Assembly (NCBI GenBank): GCA_002421665.1
Contig: DISH01000001.1
Span: forward strand, 69,410-133,409
Direction: 5' to 3'
Origin: Candidatus Omnitrophica bacterium UBA6215
GTDB lineage: Bacteria > Omnitrophota > Gorgyraeia > Pluralincolimonadales > Pluralincolimonadaceae
Length of the DNA stretch: 64,000 bases
Of the stretch, positions 62,353 to 64,000 are shown piece after piece; position 1 is the stretch's first letter, and each line of letters opens with the position of its first letter. A model generated the notes under the pieces. The model saw only the letters and a program-made list of their open reading frames with translations. It searched no databases and had not been told where the DNA came from. Position numbers and translations under genes: made by a program.

Positions 62353-62355
62353 GGC

Positions 62356-63336
62356 ATGAAGAAGAGGATATTGAGCGGGATGCGCCCCACCGGTAGATTA
62401 CACTTGGGCCATCTTGCCGGCGCGCTGAAGAACTGGGTTGAGATGCAGGATAAGTACGACTGTTTCTATATGGTTGCAGATTACCACGCGCTTATGGGAG
62501 AATATGCCGATCCTTCGGCCATGAAGGACAACATAATAGACAATACCGCGGATTTCCTCGCCTGCGGGATCGCCCCTGAGAAGTCGGTAATATTTATACA
62601 GTCGGATGTGCCCGAGCATCTGGAGTTGAATATGATACTTTCAGCCATAACCCCGCTTTCATGGCTTGAGCGCTGTCCGACATACAAGGAGCAGCTGAGG
62701 GAGGTCGAGGGCAGGGATTTGGCTACTTACGGTTTTCTCGGTTATCCCGTCCTTCAGGCGGCGGACATACTGGTATACAAGGCCGATGCAGTGCCGGTAG
62801 GTGAAGATCAGTTGCCGCATTTGGAGCTTACCAGGGAGATAGCCCGCAGGTTCGTATATTTTTACAAGAAGCAGATCTTCCCTGAGCCTGAGGGGCTTCT
62901 TACCAAGACTCCGAGGCTTTTGGGCGTGGACAACAGGAAGATGTCAAAGAGCTACGGCAATGCCGTTAATCTTTCGGATACCCCGGATGAGGTCCGTAAA
63001 AAGGTAAAGGCCATGATAACGGATCCCCAGAGGATAAAGAAAGACGACCCCGGGCATCCCGATATATGCAACGTGTATTCGTACTATAAATTTTTCTTCC
63101 CCGAACAGGCCGGAGGCCTGGCCGGGGAATGCAAGGCGGGCAGGATAGGTTGCGTAGCCGACAAGGCGAAACTTGCCGATTGCGTAATCGAACTTCTCAG
63201 GCCTATACAGGAGAGAAGGAACAAGATCCTGGGCGACAGGGCAGGTCTTGAGGCCGTCCTAAAGGAAGGCGCCAAGAAAGCGCGTGCGGTCGCAAGCGAG
63301 ACTATGAGCGAGGTCAGGAAAGCAGTAGGTATATGA
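62356..63336 (+). CDS. trpS: tryptophan--tRNA ligase
   Basis: The HIGH-type motif (TGRLHLGHL) and the KMSKS motif are present and the protein is 326 aa. Confidence 0.9.
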   Translation: MKKRILSGMRPTGRLHLGHLAGALKNWVEMQDKYDCFYMVADYHALMGEYADPSAMKDNIIDNTADFLACGIAPEKSVIFIQSDVPEHLELNMILSAITPLSWLERCPTYKEQLREVEGRDLATYGFLGYPVLQAADILVYKADAVPVGEDQLPHLELTREIARRFVYFYKKQIFPEPEGLLTKTPRLLGVDNRKMSKSYGNAVNLSDTPDEVRKKVKAMITDPQRIKKDDPGHPDICNVYSYYKFFFPEQAGGLAGECKAGRIGCVADKAKLADCVIELLRPIQERRNKILGDRAGLEAVLKEGAKKARAVASETMSEVRKAVGI

Positions 63337-64000
63337 CGTATAAGGTTAAACTTGACGTTTTCGAAGGTCCGCTCGACCTTCTTTTGTATCTGATCAAGAA
63401 GGAAGAAGCGGATATCTTCAATATACCGATAGCCAAAATAACCGAGCAATACCTGCAGTATCTCGAATATATGAAACTGCTCGACTTGAATATAGCGGGC
63501 GAGTTCATTGTCATGGCCGCAACCCTTATGCATATCAAGTCGCGGATGCTCCTTCCTCCGGAAGAGCAACCGCCCGAGGAGATGGAGGAAGAGGATCCCC
63601 GCGCAGAGCTTGTGCGCAGGCTCATTGAATACAAGAAGTTCAAGGAGGCGGCCGGGGAACTCTCAGAGATGGAGCACAAGCGTTCACTTGTCTTCCCCCG
63701 CTCCGTGGACGAGACGCAGTATATAGATCAGACAGAAGGACCGTATTTCGAGGCGTCGATATTCGACCTGATCAACGCGTTCTCGACGATACTCAAGAGC
63801 GTCTCGCGCGAAGCGTTCCTTGAAGTGGTAAAGGATGAGTTCACCGTCGAAGAGAAGGTCCATGAACTTTTCCACGTGCTGGTAGAAACACCGGTAGTAA
63901 ATTTCAAGGACATTTTTAAGAAGTCGAGGAGCAAGATAGAGCTGATAGCGACGTTCCTGGCGCTCCTTGAGCTTATAAGATTGAAAGAGGTAATGGTAAG
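63333..64000 (+). CDS. scpA: segregation and condensation protein A (5' part; continues past window end)
   Basis: FEGPLDLLLYLIKKEEADIFNIPIAKITEQYLQYL is the ScpA N-terminus. The ATG at 63333 overlaps the trpS stop (ATGA). Confidence 0.8.
   Translation, partial: MTYKVKLDVFEGPLDLLLYLIKKEEADIFNIPIAKITEQYLQYLEYMKLLDLNIAGEFIVMAATLMHIKSRMLLPPEEQPPEEMEEEDPRAELVRRLIEYKKFKEAAGELSEMEHKRSLVFPRSVDETQYIDQTEGPYFEASIFDLINAFSTILKSVSREAFLEVVKDEFTVEEKVHELFHVLVETPVVNFKDIFKKSRSKIELIATFLALLELIRLKEVMV

Overview
The window is a 64-kb stretch of a Gram-negative-type bacterial chromosome, about 50-55% GC, in which all 59 credible genes lie on the + strand with almost no intergenic space. Many adjacent genes overlap by 1-4 nt (ATGA, TAATG, GTGA). 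No rRNA, tRNA, CRISPR array or IS/transposon could be recognised by eye. Gene content in order:

- ilvC (3' end) and leuA.
- An aroE / prepilin peptidase / aroC / aroK / dprA / topA / xerC-D run.
- A very large LPS inner-core, Kdo and lipid A supercluster: waaA, lpxK, an LpxL-ELM1 fusion, a GT4-GT9 fusion, GT4, a polysaccharide deacetylase, three GT9 heptosyltransferases, hldD, the hldE kinase domain, kdsB, pyrG, kdsA, kdsD, kdsC, a GspG-like pseudopilin, a second LpxL/M acyltransferase, an LptC/A-like protein and lptB.
- hpf, tig, clpP and lon (no clpX).
- A serC-like class V aminotransferase, serA and purA.
- A membrane H+/Na+-pyrophosphatase followed by a DUF47/PhoU-like protein.
- A promoter-to-terminator envelope operon: secreted acidic protein, PG-binding protein, OmpA-like lipoprotein.
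- A DUF4912 (lysine-rich tail) plus GH57 pair.
- uppS, cdsA, dxr, rseP, ispG.
- An AT-rich islet encoding a small membrane protein.
- proS, an alpha/beta hydrolase, a TPR protein, a PEP-CTERM protein and a large membrane-anchored hypothetical protein.
- rimP, nusA, infB preceded by a promoter plus attenuator-like hairpin.
- trpS and the 5' end of scpA.

The most unusual items are:

- A ThiS/MoaD-type beta-grasp domain ending in VGGG fused in-frame, with no linker, to the N-terminus of topoisomerase I.
- Domain fusions within the LPS cluster (LpxL-ELM1 and GT4-GT9).
- A pseudopilin gene sitting where lptC normally is in the kdsD-kdsC-lptCAB operon.
- A DUF47 protein paired with the H+-PPase.
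- An AT-rich islet between ispG and proS.
- A promoter immediately followed by a terminator-like hairpin ahead of rimP-nusA-infB.
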